Positions 52,288 through 53,983 of a DNA stretch of 53,983 nucleotides are shown piece after piece. The DNA lies in the IMG/VR virus record IMGVR_UViG_3300038315_000612, positions 1-53,983 of that record; one strand, given 5' to 3'. Source of the stretch: a virus (Duplodnaviria; Caudoviricetes). Positions within the stretch are counted from its first letter, which is position 1. Every line of letters begins with the position of its first letter. Both the position numbers and the translations under genes were made by a program. The notes beneath the pieces were generated by a model. It worked only from the letters and a program-made list of their open reading frames with translations. It did no database searches and was not told the DNA's origin.

Positions 52288-52866
52288 TTACTTCACCAGA
52301 ACCTGGAGGCCGTAAACAGCAGCGAAGTGATCCATGTCATCGTCACCTGAAGTGGTAAGCCGCGTGAGGTAGAACATTGTTGGTCTGTCTTCCCAACCAG
52401 TAAGCGTAAGCTCGATAGAATCAATCTTGTAGGCGTACCGATCTGGTTCTACCGACTTGGTTGCGTCTACCTCCACGTTTCTAACATTGGCATCAACAGC
52501 AGTTAAGAGTTGGTCACCAGTTTCTGCCTGAATGGCACCAAACCTCCAGACCACATAGTCGGTGCCGGTGGTCGCGTCGTTCTGTCCCCACAGTAGCTGA
52601 AGCTTTGCAGAAGTCGTTCCTATCGGAAGGAAAACAAAACTAGCTGCATCGCCAGACACAATGTGCTTGTTGGCACTGTCGGAAAAAGACCATACCTTTG
52701 TGGTTATATTGAACAGGTTGCCCACGGCCACATTGTCAAAGGCGGCGCCATTCGATGCGGTCGCCCTCCAGTCTGGCATGTGCAGCACCCGATACCCAGC
52801 AGCAAGGTCAGCAGCCGATGGGCCACCAACCACTGGGGTTTCCTGGGTGCCGAACCTGTAGGTCAC
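52288..52866 (-). CDS. Putative tail/receptor-binding-associated beta protein, 192 aa
   Basis: GTGA overlap with the fibre stop and GGAG SD. Confidence 0.6.
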   Translation of the reverse strand: MTYRFGTQETPVVGGPSAADLAAGYRVLHMPDWRATASNGAAFDNVAVGNLFNITTKVWSFSDSANKHIVSGDAASFVFLPIGTTSAKLQLLWGQNDATTGTDYVVWRFGAIQAETGDQLLTAVDANVRNVEVDATKSVEPDRYAYKIDSIELTLTGWEDRPTMFYLTRLTTSGDDDMDHFAAVYGLQVLVK

Positions 52867-53768
52867 ACGATGCTCCAGCTTGCTCCGTTGCACACCAGGG
52901 TGACCGACGCAAAGTTGGAGTTCATCACTTGGGTAGTCTGCCCATCAATGGTCTCACTGCCGTCCCCGTCAATGGTGATGTTGTATGTCCCACATTCACC
53001 TGACTCGTCCTTGATGATGATGACCCTGCCCTCCAGTCCGCTGACGGCTTGGAGGTTAATCGTCAGGGCCTGGGCCGTACCACCAGCAGAGCCAACCCCG
53101 ATGTAGTAGTCGGTGGCCAGCACATTGTAGGATGTGGTGGAACTGGTATCCAGAATGACCCGCTTGACGATCTGCCCACCGGTCACCGTCAGGGCGTTGC
53201 CATCGAACAGCAGGTTGGCCTCGCCTTGGATCGCGTTGGCTCCGGTGACGGTACAGATCGTGTTGTTGGTCGTGCCAGATAGAGCAGTCGCCCCAGCACC
53301 AAGCTGAAAATCTGTGCCCGCATCGTCCGTGAAGTACAATTCGTTTGGCGTGGCTGTGTTCACCCAAATTTGGCCATACGAGGCAATGTCAGCTAGAGCG
53401 TCGGCCTTCGCTTTGACGAAGAGGGACCCATCTGCATGAACGTCTCCGACCTCGGAGAACACCACCCTATCCTCTCCACCAAGATAGAACTCGAGATCGT
53501 CAGAGGCGTTTGGTGAATAGATAATAACGCCGTTTGTGGAATCGGACTTAAGCTCAATGCCAGCCTGGCCATCGGTAGATTCAACCAATATCCGCTGTGA
53601 GCCAGACCCGCTTATGTGAAGAGACCTGACTGGGGCAAGCGTGCCAATGCCAACGCGATTGTTGGTTGCATCAATGCTTAGTGTGCCGCTGTCGATCTCA
53701 AGATCACCAGCAGTAACCGTGCCCGTATATGTGGGGCTGGTATCAAATACTGTAGGGATTCCCATCAT
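52863..53768 (-). CDS. Tail fibre-like protein, 301 aa
   Basis: IDATNNRVGIGT..P..LHI, GEANLLFDG..L and C-terminal IIIKDESG..NITI..G.ETIDG..SVTLVCNG..W.I domain. Confidence 0.8.
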   Translation of the reverse strand: MMGIPTVFDTSPTYTGTVTAGDLEIDSGTLSIDATNNRVGIGTLAPVRSLHISGSGSQRILVESTDGQAGIELKSDSTNGVIIYSPNASDDLEFYLGGEDRVVFSEVGDVHADGSLFVKAKADALADIASYGQIWVNTATPNELYFTDDAGTDFQLGAGATALSGTTNNTICTVTGANAIQGEANLLFDGNALTVTGGQIVKRVILDTSSTTSYNVLATDYYIGVGSAGGTAQALTINLQAVSGLEGRVIIIKDESGECGTYNITIDGDGSETIDGQTTQVMNSNFASVTLVCNGASWSIV

Positions 53769-53777
53769 ATCTCCAGT

Positions 53778-53983
53778 TTATTTTGTCCAGAATACACGAG
53801 CCGAAGCTGATGCAGTTCCAGCATCTGTCTTGGCAACAACATAAACCTTTCCAGCAGTAGCATCATCTGGCCTGTTGAATGGAACTCCCATATTGAAGAT
53901 TACACCACCCTTTGCAGCAGTTGTCTTCCCAGTAGTAATGGCCTGAGTTGCGGCAGGGGTTAGCGGGCGATCACCAGCAGAGT
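53778..53983 (-). CDS. 3' part of the junction-spanning 134-aa protein (see 1-206)
   Basis: Open frame DSAGDRPLTPAATQAITTG...ARVFWTK*. 206+199 nt = 135 codons after removing the 7-nt overlap. Confidence 0.8.
   Translation of the reverse strand, partial: SAGDRPLTPAATQAITTGKTTAAKGGVIFNMGVPFNRPDDATAGKVYVVAKTDAGTASASARVFWTK

Noticed and set aside
1-53983. Stop-codon reassignment suggested by TAG/CTA abundance
   Set aside because: Core genes are uninterrupted in the standard code, and TAG, TGA and TAA all end genes at sensible, tightly packed positions.

Overview
This window is very probably an entire, circularly permuted dsDNA tailed-phage genome of about 53,976 bp. Bases 1-7 (GCAGAGT) repeat as the last 7 bases, and a 134-aa ORF reads in frame across that junction. 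The architecture is podovirus-like. The minus-strand late region runs from ~32070 down to 1 and continues from 53983 down to 50511: ART-like polyvalent protein, TerL, portal, scaffold, major capsid, decoration, adaptor, nozzle, three tail-like proteins, three putative ejection proteins including a 3392-aa HExxH-containing giant, tail fibre, M15 endolysin and holins. A low-complexity non-coding region (32070-32650 and ~34020-34390) is a candidate terminus or origin. The minus-strand early region (33021-43840) holds small host-interaction genes, a truncated beta-clamp homolog, DUF3228-like and DUF932-like genes, tRNA-Asn, and Arc and XRE regulators. The plus-strand replication/recombination operon (43934-50362) holds DnaB, a Rad52-like SSAP, an ASCH-like protein, a Cas4-like nuclease, two SSB-like genes and RuvC. 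I recognised no DNA polymerase, primase, RNA polymerase or integrase. The most striking unexplained structure is a four-copy intergenic element (36074-37660). Each copy holds the upstream gene's stop codon, a covarying bulged hairpin, and the downstream gene's RBS and ATG, so unrelated early genes form a cassette-like array. A competing antiterminator/terminator pair after the capsid genes and direct-repeat-flanked in-frame modules in two polyvalent proteins also stand out. All family calls are from motif recognition by eye, not from database searches.
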